Position numbers and translations under genes: made by a program
Notes under the pieces: generated by a model
The model's input: the letters and a program-made list of their open reading frames with translations, nothing else
What the model was told of the DNA's origin: nothing
Database searches by the model: none
Source: Paracoccaceae bacterium
Lineage (GTDB): Bacteria > Pseudomonadota > Alphaproteobacteria > Rhodobacterales > Rhodobacteraceae
Reading direction: 5' to 3'
Assembly (NCBI GenBank): GCA_046155885.1
Contig: JBJXFU010000013.1
Span: 1,070 to 65,069 of the forward strand
DNA: 64,000 bases
In this document: positions 8,738-18,378 of the stretch, in pieces
Layout: every line of letters begins with the position of its first letter
How positions within the stretch are numbered: position 1 is the stretch's first letter

Positions 8738-9946
8738 ATGACCCACAGTTCGGACAACGCCCGCGTTCTCATGTATAGCCACGACACGTTCGGGCTGGGC
8801 CACCTGCGCCGCTGCCGGACCATCGCGCATTCGCTGGTGCAGGAATTCCGGGGGCTTCAGGTCTATATCATTTCGGGTGCCACCATCGCAGGCGCCTTCG
8901 ACTACCGCTCGCGCGTCGATTTCGTGAAAATTCCGAGCGTCATCAAGCTGAGGAACGGCGAATACACGTCGATGAAGCGGCATATCGACCTGGGCGAGAC
9001 GCTGAAGATGCGCTCGTCGATCATCCGCAATGCCGCCGAGAGCTTCCAGCCCGACATTTTCATCGTCGACAAGGCCCCCCTCGGCCTGAAGGGCGAAGTC
9101 GAGGAGACGCTGCACTACCTGAAGGCGCGGGGCACGCGGCTGGTCCTGGGGATGCGCGACGTGATGGACGCGCCGCATCTGCTGGACGCCGAATGGAAGC
9201 GCAACGACGTGCTGAGGAAGGTCGGCCAGCTTTACGACGATATCTGGGTCTATGGCCCGCGCGACTTCTACGACCCGCTGATCGGGCTCGACGTGCCGCC
9301 GCTGGTCCGTGCGAAGATGAGCTTCGTGGGGTTCCTGCAACGCAATGTCTCGCCGTCCGAGATGCCGGCGGTACGGCCGGACAACGCCTATATCCTGGTC
9401 ACCACCGGGGGCGGCGGCGACGGGGCGGAGCTGGTGCACGACGTGATCGCCGCCTACGAGGCCGACCCCGGGCTGATCCATCCGGTGCTGATCGTGCTGG
9501 GGCCCTACATGTCGGCCAAGCAGCGGCGGAAGCTGATGCGCAAGGCCGAGCGAGTGCCGCAGGCCCGGGTGATCGACTTCGAGAGCCGGATGGAGGAGCT
9601 GGTCGCGGGCGCCGCCGGGGTGGTCGCGATGGGGGGGTACAACACCTTCTGCGAGATCCTGTCCTTCGACCGGCCGGCGCTGATCGTGCCGCGCACGACG
9701 CCGCGCGAGGAGCAGCTGATCCGGGCACGGCGGGCGTCCGAGCTGGGGCTGGTCGATATGCTGCTGCCCGAGGAAAGCGCCGAGCCGCTGCGGCTGGCCG
9801 CCGCGCTGAAGGCATTGCCGGGGCGGCCGCGCCCGACCGAGGCGGGATCGGGCCTGAGGCTCGACGGGCTGAACCACATCAACGAGATCGTCCACGGCTG
9901 GCTTGACGTGAGCGAGGCCGACCAGAGGTCGGCGGCGAATAGCTGA
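8738..9946 (+). CDS. GT-B glycosyltransferase with Glyco_tran_28_C-like (MurG-like) C-terminal domain
   Basis: 402 aa. N-terminal SHDTFGLGHLRRC motif and C-terminal GGYNTFCEILSFDRPALIVPR...REEQLIRA motif. Confidence 0.8.
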   Translation: MTHSSDNARVLMYSHDTFGLGHLRRCRTIAHSLVQEFRGLQVYIISGATIAGAFDYRSRVDFVKIPSVIKLRNGEYTSMKRHIDLGETLKMRSSIIRNAAESFQPDIFIVDKAPLGLKGEVEETLHYLKARGTRLVLGMRDVMDAPHLLDAEWKRNDVLRKVGQLYDDIWVYGPRDFYDPLIGLDVPPLVRAKMSFVGFLQRNVSPSEMPAVRPDNAYILVTTGGGGDGAELVHDVIAAYEADPGLIHPVLIVLGPYMSAKQRRKLMRKAERVPQARVIDFESRMEELVAGAAGVVAMGGYNTFCEILSFDRPALIVPRTTPREEQLIRARRASELGLVDMLLPEESAEPLRLAAALKALPGRPRPTEAGSGLRLDGLNHINEIVHGWLDVSEADQRSAANS

Positions 9947-9948
9947 CC

Positions 9949-11190
9949 GTGGCAGGTCCGGCCGGGCGGCTGGTGATCGTGCTGAAGGGTTATCCGCGCC
10001 TGTCGGAGACCTTCATCGCGCAGGAAATCCTGGGGCTGGAGCGGGCGGGGCTGGACATCGCGCTGGTGTCGCTGCGCCATCCGACCGACCGCAAGCGGCA
10101 TCCGGTGCATGACGAGATCAGGGCGCCGGTGACCTATCTTCCCGAGTACCTGTATCGGGAGCCGTGGCGGGCGCTGCGGGGGCTGGCGCATGCGGCGCGC
10201 CGGCCAGGCTTCGGGCGGGCGTTCCACCGGTTCCTGCGCGACTTGCGGCGCGACCCCTCGCCGAACCGGGTGCGGCGGTTCGGGCAGGCGGCGGTTCTGG
10301 TGCGCGAGATGCCGGCGGGGGCGGACTGGCTTTACGCGCATTTCATCCACACGCCCGCGTCGGTGGCCGCCTATGCGGCGCTGCTGACCGGGCTGCCGTG
10401 GAGCGTGTCGGCCCATGCCAAGGACATCTGGACGGCGCCCGACTGGGACCTGAGCGAGAAGCTGGGCGAGATGCGCTGGGCGGTCACCTGCACGGGGACG
10501 GGCCGGGACCGGCTGGCCGGGCTGTCGGGGGGCAAGGCGCCGGTGCATCTGGTCTATCACGGGCTGGACCTTGCCCGGTTCGGGCCGCCGGGGGGGGACC
10601 GGGCGCCGCGTGACGGGTCCGATCCGGGCGATCCGGTGCGGATCATGAGTGTGGGGCGGGCGGTGGAGAAGAAAGGCTTCGGCACCCTGATCGAGGCGCT
10701 GGGGCGCCTGCCGAAGGGTCTCGCCTGGAGCTTCACGCATGTCGGCGGCGGCGATGTCGCGACACTTCGCGCGCGCGCCGGGGCGCTGGGGATGGGGGAC
10801 AGGGTGGTCTGGCGCGGGGCGCTGGACCAGCCGGAGGTGCTGCGGATTTACCGCGCGGCGGATGTCTTCGCGTTGGCCTGCCGGGTGGCCGGGGACGGCG
10901 ACCGGGACGGGTTGCCGAACGTGCTGGTCGAGGCTTCGAGCCAGGGGTTGGCTTGCGTCAGCACCCGGGTTTCCGCCATTCCGGAACTGATCCGCGACGG
11001 CGAAAACGGGCTTCTGGTGCCGCCGGACGATCCCGGCGCGCTGGCCGGGGCGCTGGCGCGGCTGATCGGTGACCCGGCGCTTCGGTCAGCGCTGGGGCGG
11101 GCCGCCGAGGCGCGGGTGCGCAGCGAATTCGACCATGAGGCCGGGCTGCGCCGGCTGCTGGCGCTGTTCAGGGAAAGCCGGATGCCATGA
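9949..11190 (+). CDS. Glycosyltransferase family 4 (group 1, WcaL-like)
   Basis: 413 aa with a GTG start. LKGYPRLSETFIAQEI N-terminus. The C-terminal part has the E-x7-E region (GLPNVLVEASSQGLACVSTRVSAIPELI). Confidence 0.85.
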   Translation: MAGPAGRLVIVLKGYPRLSETFIAQEILGLERAGLDIALVSLRHPTDRKRHPVHDEIRAPVTYLPEYLYREPWRALRGLAHAARRPGFGRAFHRFLRDLRRDPSPNRVRRFGQAAVLVREMPAGADWLYAHFIHTPASVAAYAALLTGLPWSVSAHAKDIWTAPDWDLSEKLGEMRWAVTCTGTGRDRLAGLSGGKAPVHLVYHGLDLARFGPPGGDRAPRDGSDPGDPVRIMSVGRAVEKKGFGTLIEALGRLPKGLAWSFTHVGGGDVATLRARAGALGMGDRVVWRGALDQPEVLRIYRAADVFALACRVAGDGDRDGLPNVLVEASSQGLACVSTRVSAIPELIRDGENGLLVPPDDPGALAGALARLIGDPALRSALGRAAEARVRSEFDHEAGLRRLLALFRESRMP

Positions 11191-12317
11191 GACCCTCGCC
11201 GCGCGTGTTCTTCTATGTCCAGCACCTGCTCGGGATCGGGCACCTCGCCCGGGCGAGCCGGATCGCGGCGGCGCTGGCCGCGGACGGGTTCGAGGTCACG
11301 GTGGTCACCGGGGGCACTCCGGTTCCGGGGTTTCCCGGCCCGGGGGTGGCGCATGTGGCGCTGCCGGAAATCCGGTCGGACGCGGGGTTTACGGGGTTGG
11401 CCGACGGCGAGGGGCGGCCGCTGACAGATGCCTTCCGGGAGATGCGGCGCGACCTGCTTCTGGCGGCCTTCCGCGCGGCGGCGCCGGATATCGTGGTGAC
11501 CGAGGCCTTCCCCTTCGGCCGCCGTCAGGTGCGTTTCGAGCTTCTGCCGCTGATGGAGGCGATCCACGCCTTGCCCTCTCGCCCGCGCGTGGCGGCATCG
11601 GTGCGCGACATCCTGCAGGAGCGCGCCAAGCCCGGCCGCGACGAGGAAAGCGCGTCGCTGGCGCGGACGTACTACGACTGCATCCTGGTGCATGGCGATC
11701 CGTCCTTCGCGCGGCTGGAAGAGACCTTTCCGCTGGCCGCGGGGCTGGCGGACCTGGTGGCCTATACCGGCCTCGTGGCGGCGCCGCTTCCCCCGCCCGC
11801 CGAAGACCGCTTCGACGTCGTCGTCTCGGCGGGCGGGGGTGCGGTGGGGGGGGCGCTGTTAGCGGCGGCGGCCGAGGCGGCGGGGCGGCTTCCCGGGTCG
11901 GGAAGCTGGGCGCTGATCGGCGGCACCAACCTGCCGCAGGCGGAATACGACGCGCTGGCGGCGCGGCTGCCCGGGAACGCCGCGCTGTTCCGGTTCCGGC
12001 GGGACTTCGTGGGGCTGTTGCAGAATGCGCGGCTATCGGTGTCGCAGGCGGGCTACAACACCGTCTGCGACATCCTCGGCGCGGGATGCCGCAGCGTGCT
12101 GGTGCCCTTCGCCGCGGGCGGCGAGACGGAGCAGGGCGCGCGGGCCGAGCGGCTGGCGGCACTGGGGCTGGCGCGGGTGGTGGAGGAGGCGCGGCTGAGC
12201 GGCCCGGCGATGACCGGGGCGGTGGCGGCAAGCCTTGCCGGGCCGGCGCCGCCACCGTCGCCGCTCGACCTGGGCGGGGCGGCGGCGACGGCGCGGCTGC
12301 TGCGCGAGCTTCTGTGA
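11187..12317 (+). CDS. GT-B glycosyltransferase, paralogous architecture to 8738..9946
   Basis: 376 aa with VQHLLGIGHLARA and AGYNTVCDILGAGCRSVLVPF...ETEQGARA motifs. Its start overlaps the upstream stop by 4 nt. Confidence 0.8.
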   Translation: MRPSPRVFFYVQHLLGIGHLARASRIAAALAADGFEVTVVTGGTPVPGFPGPGVAHVALPEIRSDAGFTGLADGEGRPLTDAFREMRRDLLLAAFRAAAPDIVVTEAFPFGRRQVRFELLPLMEAIHALPSRPRVAASVRDILQERAKPGRDEESASLARTYYDCILVHGDPSFARLEETFPLAAGLADLVAYTGLVAAPLPPPAEDRFDVVVSAGGGAVGGALLAAAAEAAGRLPGSGSWALIGGTNLPQAEYDALAARLPGNAALFRFRRDFVGLLQNARLSVSQAGYNTVCDILGAGCRSVLVPFAAGGETEQGARAERLAALGLARVVEEARLSGPAMTGAVAASLAGPAPPPSPLDLGGAAATARLLRELL

Positions 12318-12449
12318 ACGGATCGGGGCGGACGCACGCAGGAATGGGTGGATTTCCGCCAGCCCTGCGGTAAGGTCGCCGGGGGTCCGGATCGGGGATG
12401 CGGGAAACATGATGACGGGTCCTGCCGGGGTGGGAAAGCTTCGTCCGAC

Positions 12450-15182
12450 ATGTCGGCGCGAGGTGCGCTGAGGGCGATGGAACCCCGGCTTTCGCGATAT
12501 ATCTGGCGGCACACGAGCGCCCAGCAGCTCTGGATCCTGCTGGTCGTGCTTTTGTCGATGGTCCCCTATTTCCTGTCCTTCGACCTGCCCAAGCAGATCG
12601 TCAACGGCCCGATCCAGGGCGACGGTTTCGACACGCCGGACGCCACGCAGCTGTTCATGACGATCGAGTTCGACCTGCCGCTTGTCGGCCATGTGATGCT
12701 GTTCCCGGGCCTGCCGCTGGAACGGATGCCGACGCTTTTCGCGCTGAGCGGAGTGTTCCTGGGCCTCGTCATCATCAACGGGCTCTTCAAGTACTACATC
12801 AACACCTACAAGGGCCGGCTGGGCGAACGGCTTCTGCGGCGCATCCGGTTCGAGCTTGTGGACCGCATCCTGCGGTTTCCGCCGGAGACCTTCAAACGGC
12901 TGAAGGGTGCCGAAATCTCGAGCATGGTGAAGGACGAGGTGGAGCCGCTGGGCGGCTTCACGGGGGATGCCTTCGTGGTGCCCGTGCAGCTTGGCGGGCA
13001 GGCACTGACGGCACTGGTCTTCATCTTTGTGCAGAGCTTCTGGCTGGGCGTCATCACGGCGGCGCTGGTCAGCGTGCAGGCGCTGATCATTCCGCGCCTC
13101 AGGCGGCGGCTTCTGGTGCTGGGCCGGCAGCGGCAGCTTACGGCGCGCGAGCTTGCCGGGCGGGTCAGCGAGATCGTCGAGGGGATCGGCACGATCCGCG
13201 CCTACGACACCTCGAACTTCGAGCGGGCGGACGTGGCGGGGCGGCTGGGGCTGATCTTCAAGATCCGTTACGACATCTACCAGTGGAAGTTCCTGGTGAA
13301 GTTCATCAACAACTTCCTCGCCTCGATCACGCCGTTCCTGTTCTACAGCGTCGGCGGTTATCTGGCGCTGCGCGGCAACCTGGACATCGGGCAGCTGGTT
13401 GCGGTGATCGGGGCCTACAAGGACCTGCCCGGCCCGCTGAACGACCTGATCAGCTGGGACCAGAACCGGCAGGACGTGCAGGTCAAGTACACGCAGGTGG
13501 TCAACCAGTTCGCCATCGACGGAATGATCGACCCGGCGGTTCAGGCGCCGGATCTGTCGGGTGAACGCCAGCCGCTCGACCACCCGCTGGCCACGGTGTC
13601 GCTGGGTGTGGACGACGACAGCGGCAGCACGATCCTCGACCGGGTGAGTGTGCAGATCTCGCCGGGCGAGCTGGTGGCGCTGACCAGTGACACGCCAAGC
13701 GCCGAGATTTTCGCCGAGACGGTGGCGCGCGGCGTCTGGCCGGCCCGGGGCAGGATCACGGTGGGCGAACAGGATGTGCTTTCGCTGCCGGATTCGCGGG
13801 TGGGGCGCGGCATCACCTATCTGGCGCCGGAGCCGTTCCTGTTCTTCGGGACGCTGCGCGACAACCTCGTCTACGGGCTGAAGCACGCGCCCCTGTCGGG
13901 GCCGGAACGCGACGGGGACGCGCTGAAGCGCCATCAGTGGGCGGTGCGCGAGGCGCGGCTGGCGGGAAACCCCGAGCTCGACCTTGCCAGCGACTGGATC
14001 GACTACCGGGCGGCCGGGGCGACCGGGCCTGCGGATTTGTTCCCGGCGCTGGTGCGTGCGCTTGATGCGGCGCTGCTGAGCGACGACGTGATCGACTTCG
14101 CGAAGCGGTCGACGATCGTGCCCGAAGACCAGGCCGAGCTGGCGGCCGACCTGGTCGGGCTTCGGCAGGCGGTGCGGGACGAGCTTGCCGCGCGAAAGCT
14201 CGGCCAGATGATCGCGGCCTTCGAACCGGAAGCCTACAACGGCGAGGCGACGGTGGGCGAGAACCTGCTGTTCGGCAACCCGACCGGCCCCGAGCTGCAG
14301 TTCGAATCGATTGCCGCGAACGCCCACTTCCGCGCCTCGCTCGGGCAGGACCTGGCTTCGGACCTGTTTTCGACGGGCTACCAGATCGCCGAGCAGGCGA
14401 TCGAACTGTTCGCCGGGCTGCCGCCGGACCATCCGTTCTTCGAACAGCTGACCTTCATGTCGTCAGAGGATATCCCGCGCTATCAGAAGCTGTTGCAGGG
14501 GCTGAAGGGACGCGGCTTCGCCGAGGCGACCGAGGCCGAGCGGATCGACATCATCCGCCTGAGCTTTGCCTATATCGAAACGCGCCACCGCTTCGGGCTG
14601 CTGACGCCCGAGCTTCAGTCGCGCATCGTCGCGGCGCGCAGGCGCTTCCATGCGGAGCTTCCCGGGGACCTGCGCGGCGCCATCGAGCCTTACGATCCGG
14701 AACGCTTCATCGCCTCGGCCAATATCCTGGACAACGTGCTGTTCGGCCGCATCAGTCACCGCTACGCCAACGAGGTGGGAACGGTGCACGAGGTGATCCG
14801 CGATCTTTTCCGCACGCGGGGGCTCTACGAACGGGTGTTCTCGGTCGGGCTCGGCTATCATGTCGGGTCTTCGGGCAAGCGGCTGACCTCGGTGCAGCGG
14901 CAGAAACTCGGACTGGCCCGCGCGCTTTTGCGGAAGTCGGAGTACTATGTGTTCAACCGGCCGCTTTCGGCGGCGGATCAGGGCAGCCAGGACCGCGCCA
15001 TGCGCAATGTCATCGACCATGTGCGGCGCGACGGGGCGGATCCGGCGGTGATCTGGGTTCTGTCGAATCCGTCGATGGGGGTGGTCTTCGACCGGGTGAT
15101 CACGTTCAAGGGAGGCACGGTCGCCGACGACCGCAGGCGCATGCATGCCGGTGGCGGCGTTCACGACACGGGTACCGCCTGA
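12450..15182 (+). CDS. ABC type-I-exporter-like protein (6-TM domain + NBD-like domain with all catalytic motifs degenerate and a ~270 aa insertion)
   Basis: Six hydrophobic segments lie in the first ~330 aa. The Walker A position reads ALTSDTPSAEIF, with no GxxGxGK[ST]. The Q-loop reads YLAPEP, the signature reads LTSVQRQK, and Walker B reads YYVFNRPLSAAD. Start is at 12450 (MSARG) or 12477 (MEPRLS). Confidence 0.8.
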   Translation: MSARGALRAMEPRLSRYIWRHTSAQQLWILLVVLLSMVPYFLSFDLPKQIVNGPIQGDGFDTPDATQLFMTIEFDLPLVGHVMLFPGLPLERMPTLFALSGVFLGLVIINGLFKYYINTYKGRLGERLLRRIRFELVDRILRFPPETFKRLKGAEISSMVKDEVEPLGGFTGDAFVVPVQLGGQALTALVFIFVQSFWLGVITAALVSVQALIIPRLRRRLLVLGRQRQLTARELAGRVSEIVEGIGTIRAYDTSNFERADVAGRLGLIFKIRYDIYQWKFLVKFINNFLASITPFLFYSVGGYLALRGNLDIGQLVAVIGAYKDLPGPLNDLISWDQNRQDVQVKYTQVVNQFAIDGMIDPAVQAPDLSGERQPLDHPLATVSLGVDDDSGSTILDRVSVQISPGELVALTSDTPSAEIFAETVARGVWPARGRITVGEQDVLSLPDSRVGRGITYLAPEPFLFFGTLRDNLVYGLKHAPLSGPERDGDALKRHQWAVREARLAGNPELDLASDWIDYRAAGATGPADLFPALVRALDAALLSDDVIDFAKRSTIVPEDQAELAADLVGLRQAVRDELAARKLGQMIAAFEPEAYNGEATVGENLLFGNPTGPELQFESIAANAHFRASLGQDLASDLFSTGYQIAEQAIELFAGLPPDHPFFEQLTFMSSEDIPRYQKLLQGLKGRGFAEATEAERIDIIRLSFAYIETRHRFGLLTPELQSRIVAARRRFHAELPGDLRGAIEPYDPERFIASANILDNVLFGRISHRYANEVGTVHEVIRDLFRTRGLYERVFSVGLGYHVGSSGKRLTSVQRQKLGLARALLRKSEYYVFNRPLSAADQGSQDRAMRNVIDHVRRDGADPAVIWVLSNPSMGVVFDRVITFKGGTVADDRRRMHAGGGVHDTGTA

Positions 15183-15218
15183 GAGGGCGCGAGGCGGGCG
15201 AACGGGAGGTTCGGGCGT

Positions 15219-15683
15219 ATGTTGCTGAAGGACGAAGTGCAGATGTTGCGGCAGATCCCGCTTTTCGCGCGGGTCGAGCCAGCGCGGCTGAAGCTTCTGG
15301 CCTTCGCGTCGGACCGGGTGAGTTATGGCCTGGGCGACGTGATCTTTCACCAGGGCGATACGGGCGATGCGGCCTATGTGATCCTTAACGGGCGCGCCGA
15401 CGTGGTGGCCGAAACGGCGGGCGGGCCCTTGAAGGTGGCCGAGGTGGCGCGGAACGCGATCGTCGGCGAGATCGCGATCCTGTGCGACGTGACCCGCACC
15501 GCGACGGTCAAGGCGGCCACGCCGCTCGAGGCGCTGCGCATCCGCAAGGACGTGTTCCTGAAGATGCTGACCGACTTTCCCGACATCACCATCGAGGTGA
15601 TGCGGGTGCTTGCGTTCCGGCTCAGCCAGACGACGACGGAACTGGCCGAGGCGCGGAGCCAGCTTCCCCCGCGCCCGCACTGA
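15219..15683 (+). CDS. Stand-alone cyclic nucleotide-binding domain protein (Crp/CAP-type cNMP domain, no DNA-binding domain)
   Basis: 154 aa: LRQIPLFARVEPARLKLLAF...GDVIFHQGDTGDAAYVILNGRADV...IVGEIAILCDVTRTATVKA. The phosphate-binding cassette GE...R[TS]A is present. Confidence 0.88.
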   Translation: MLLKDEVQMLRQIPLFARVEPARLKLLAFASDRVSYGLGDVIFHQGDTGDAAYVILNGRADVVAETAGGPLKVAEVARNAIVGEIAILCDVTRTATVKAATPLEALRIRKDVFLKMLTDFPDITIEVMRVLAFRLSQTTTELAEARSQLPPRPH

Positions 15684-17337
15684 CGGCCGCCGGCGCGAGC
15701 GGTGCGCCGGCCAGGTCGAGGCGGACAGGGCCGGCGGGTCCGGAGACGCGGGCGGCAAAGGCCCTGAGAAGCGATGCGAAGCGGGATCGCGGCGAGCCGT
15801 CGCGAAGGAGCGCGCCGGCCCGGGCGGCCAGGGCGAGGTAGAGCGCGACCCGTTCGGGTGGGATTTCGGGAAGGGCGAGCGCGCCTGCCATACGTGCCAG
15901 ATACCAGTCTTCCGCGAAGGTCGCGGCGGAAACGCGGGGGCCGCGATCCGGCCCGGCGGGACCGTCCGGCGGAAAGACGTCGGCAAGGTCGGCGTGGCGT
16001 GCGATCTCTGCCAGATCGGCGGGCCAGTCGCGGCGCAGGTGTCTGCGGGTGACGACCAGCCGGGCGTGGGCGCGCTGCAGCGCGCCATAGGTCCCGGCAG
16101 CGACGAGCGGGGCGATGCGCCCGTCCCGCGTGCGATCCAGCTCTGCCTTGTAGGCCGCACTTGCGGGCGGCGGCAGGGCCAGGTCGTCGAGAGCGACCGT
16201 TTCGATTTCACAGCCGTCTGCGGACAGCGTCACCTGCTTCCATCCGGCCGGCCAGGCCGCGAGCGAGGGGACGGCGATATCGGTGAGCCCGCCCTGCGCG
16301 CCGGAGCGCGTGACGGCGTCCATGTGCAGGTGGCCGGTGAACAGCAGGCTCAGGCCGGCGGAGGCGAGGGTCTGGCCGACCTCCGGCCCGGGGATGCGGC
16401 GGGAGAGCGCGGTCGGGCCGAGGGCCGCCTCTTCCCAGGGGCCGCCGCGCGGGTCGAGCGCGGGGTAGTGCGAGAAGGCGATCAGGCGATTGCCTTCCGC
16501 CTTGGCCCGGCGCGCGACGGATGCGATCCAGTCGATCAGGAAGGGCTTTTGGGCCAGGGCCACGTTCCATCCGGCGTCGGCCGCGTCGGCCACGTCTTCG
16601 CGGTGCAGGTGGCGGCGGGATCGGTCGTGGGGGACGAAGACGTTGGCGTCGAGCATCAGGAACCAGACGCCCGGCGCCGGTTCGCAGAGGTACGAGCAGT
16701 CGGTGGCGTGAAGGGTCGACAGTCCATCCACCGAGCGGACAGGGTAGCGGCGTTCGGCAAGCGCGGGGGCAGGTCCGAACGGGGTTTCCCAGAAGATGTC
16801 GCCGCCGGCCGGCGCGAGCCCGGCTTCTGGCAATGCCGCGAGGGCCGAGGCGGTGCCGCCGCAGAACATCCCCAGGTTGACGACCAGCGTTTCGGCCGAC
16901 GGATCGGTCATCGCGGTATCGCTGGTGACGGCGATATGGCCCGATGCGCCGAGGAACCTGCGGGTCCGGTGCCGCCCGGTTTCGCCGTAGAGGTCGTGGT
17001 TTCCCGGCAGGCCGCGAAAGCGCAGCCCGTGGGATCGGCGATAGCGGTCGAGCAGCCGGCGCAGCCCGGCGAAGGCGATCGCCTGGCCGTCGTCGGTCAC
17101 GTCGCCGAGCAGCACCACATCGCGGATGCCGCGCGCGGCGATGTCGTCCAGGACACGTTCAAGCGCCGCCCCGGTTTCGCTGAACAGGCGCGGCAGGCGC
17201 GAGACCTCGGCGAGGGGGCGCAGCGCCAGGCCGGAGGTCGCGCCGAACGGATGGCCGAAATCGGCGCGCGGATCGTGGAAATGCGCGTCCGCCACCACCG
17301 CGAAGCGGAAGGGAAGGCTGGCGGTGTCGCGCGACAA
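15622..17337 (-). CDS. Metallophosphoesterase (calcineurin-like) with ~250 aa C-terminal extension
   Basis: 571 aa. Motifs FAVVADAHFHD, VLLGDVTDDG, LPGNHDLYGE and FTGHLH are present. Confidence 0.85.
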   Translation of the reverse strand: MSRDTASLPFRFAVVADAHFHDPRADFGHPFGATSGLALRPLAEVSRLPRLFSETGAALERVLDDIAARGIRDVVLLGDVTDDGQAIAFAGLRRLLDRYRRSHGLRFRGLPGNHDLYGETGRHRTRRFLGASGHIAVTSDTAMTDPSAETLVVNLGMFCGGTASALAALPEAGLAPAGGDIFWETPFGPAPALAERRYPVRSVDGLSTLHATDCSYLCEPAPGVWFLMLDANVFVPHDRSRRHLHREDVADAADAGWNVALAQKPFLIDWIASVARRAKAEGNRLIAFSHYPALDPRGGPWEEAALGPTALSRRIPGPEVGQTLASAGLSLLFTGHLHMDAVTRSGAQGGLTDIAVPSLAAWPAGWKQVTLSADGCEIETVALDDLALPPPASAAYKAELDRTRDGRIAPLVAAGTYGALQRAHARLVVTRRHLRRDWPADLAEIARHADLADVFPPDGPAGPDRGPRVSAATFAEDWYLARMAGALALPEIPPERVALYLALAARAGALLRDGSPRSRFASLLRAFAARVSGPAGPVRLDLAGAPLAPAAVSAGAGEAGSAPRPVPSSSG

Positions 17338-17467
17338 TTCTTCCTCCGGTTTGCGTCAGGCAGTCGCCGGGGAAACGGTTCCGGCGCCTTTCCGTGCCTT
17401 CCCGGAAATGCGCTCGCCTCGGCAGCGGCGTTTGACTAGCATCTTCCCGGACCTGTGGGAGGGAAAG

Positions 17468-17494
17468 ATGAAGGCTGGACGTGCGCGCGGCTGA
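17468..17494 (+). other. 8-codon upstream mini-ORF (MKAGRARG) with strong SD, ending 3 nt before the MBL gene start
   Basis: GGGAGGG at 17457-17463, ATG at 17468, and TGA at 17492-17494 followed by CCC-GTG(17498). Confidence 0.25.
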
Positions 17495-17497
17495 CCC

Positions 17498-18367
17498 GTG
17501 GCCTTTGCGCCGCGCGGGTCGGGGCTTTCCGGCGTGACTGCCGACCCGGTCATCCGGCTACGCTTCTGGGGAACGCGGGGCAGTCTTCCGGTGTCGGGCG
17601 AGGCGTTCCGGCGCTTTGGCGGCGCGACGATGTCGATCGAGATGCGCTGCGGGCCGGTCTGCCTTCTGTTCGACGCGGGATCGGGCGTCGGGCCCGCCGG
17701 AAAGGCGCTGGCGGCGGAAGGCGTGACCCGGCTGCATCTGCTGTTCACGCATTGCCACTACGACCACATCCTGGGATTTCCGTTCTTCGCGCCGCTCTAC
17801 AACCCGGCGGCGGAGATCGACTTCTGGTCGGGTCATCTTTTCGGCACGACGACGACGCGCCAGATGATCGGCGACTTCATGGGGCCGCCGTTCTTTCCGG
17901 TGGGGCCGGACGTCTGCCCCGCCAGGCTGCGCTTCCACGACTTCGAGCCCGGGGCCGTGCTTGAACCCGCGCCGGGGCTCAGGCTTCTGACCCGGCGGCT
18001 CAACCATCCGGGCGGGGCGGTGGGGTACCGGGTGGAATGGGGGGGCAAGGTGGTTTGCATCGTCACCGACACCGAACACGAGCCGGGGACGCTCGACCCG
18101 ACGGTGATCGAACTGATCCGGGGCGCCGATCTCTTCATCTATGACGCGAGCTATCTGGATTCCGAAATGGCGCGCTACAAGGGCTTCGGGCATTCGACCT
18201 GGCAGCAGGCGGTTCGTCTTGCCGAGGCGGCGGGGGTGGCGCGGGCGGGGATGATCCACCACGCGCCCTGGCGGACCGATGCCGAGCTTGCGGCGATCGA
18301 GGCCGAGGCGCGGGCGATCCTGCCGGGCGCCTTCGTGACGGCGGACGGGATGACGGCGGAGGCTTGA
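17498..18367 (+). CDS. MBL-fold metallo-hydrolase (possible phosphodiesterase)
   Basis: 289 aa with LRFWGTRGSLP and the HxHxDH motif (THCHYDHILGF). GTG start at 17498; GTG 17534 is an alternative. Confidence 0.85.
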   Translation: MAFAPRGSGLSGVTADPVIRLRFWGTRGSLPVSGEAFRRFGGATMSIEMRCGPVCLLFDAGSGVGPAGKALAAEGVTRLHLLFTHCHYDHILGFPFFAPLYNPAAEIDFWSGHLFGTTTTRQMIGDFMGPPFFPVGPDVCPARLRFHDFEPGAVLEPAPGLRLLTRRLNHPGGAVGYRVEWGGKVVCIVTDTEHEPGTLDPTVIELIRGADLFIYDASYLDSEMARYKGFGHSTWQQAVRLAEAAGVARAGMIHHAPWRTDAELAAIEAEARAILPGAFVTADGMTAEA

Positions 18368-18378
18368 TCTGGCGCCAG

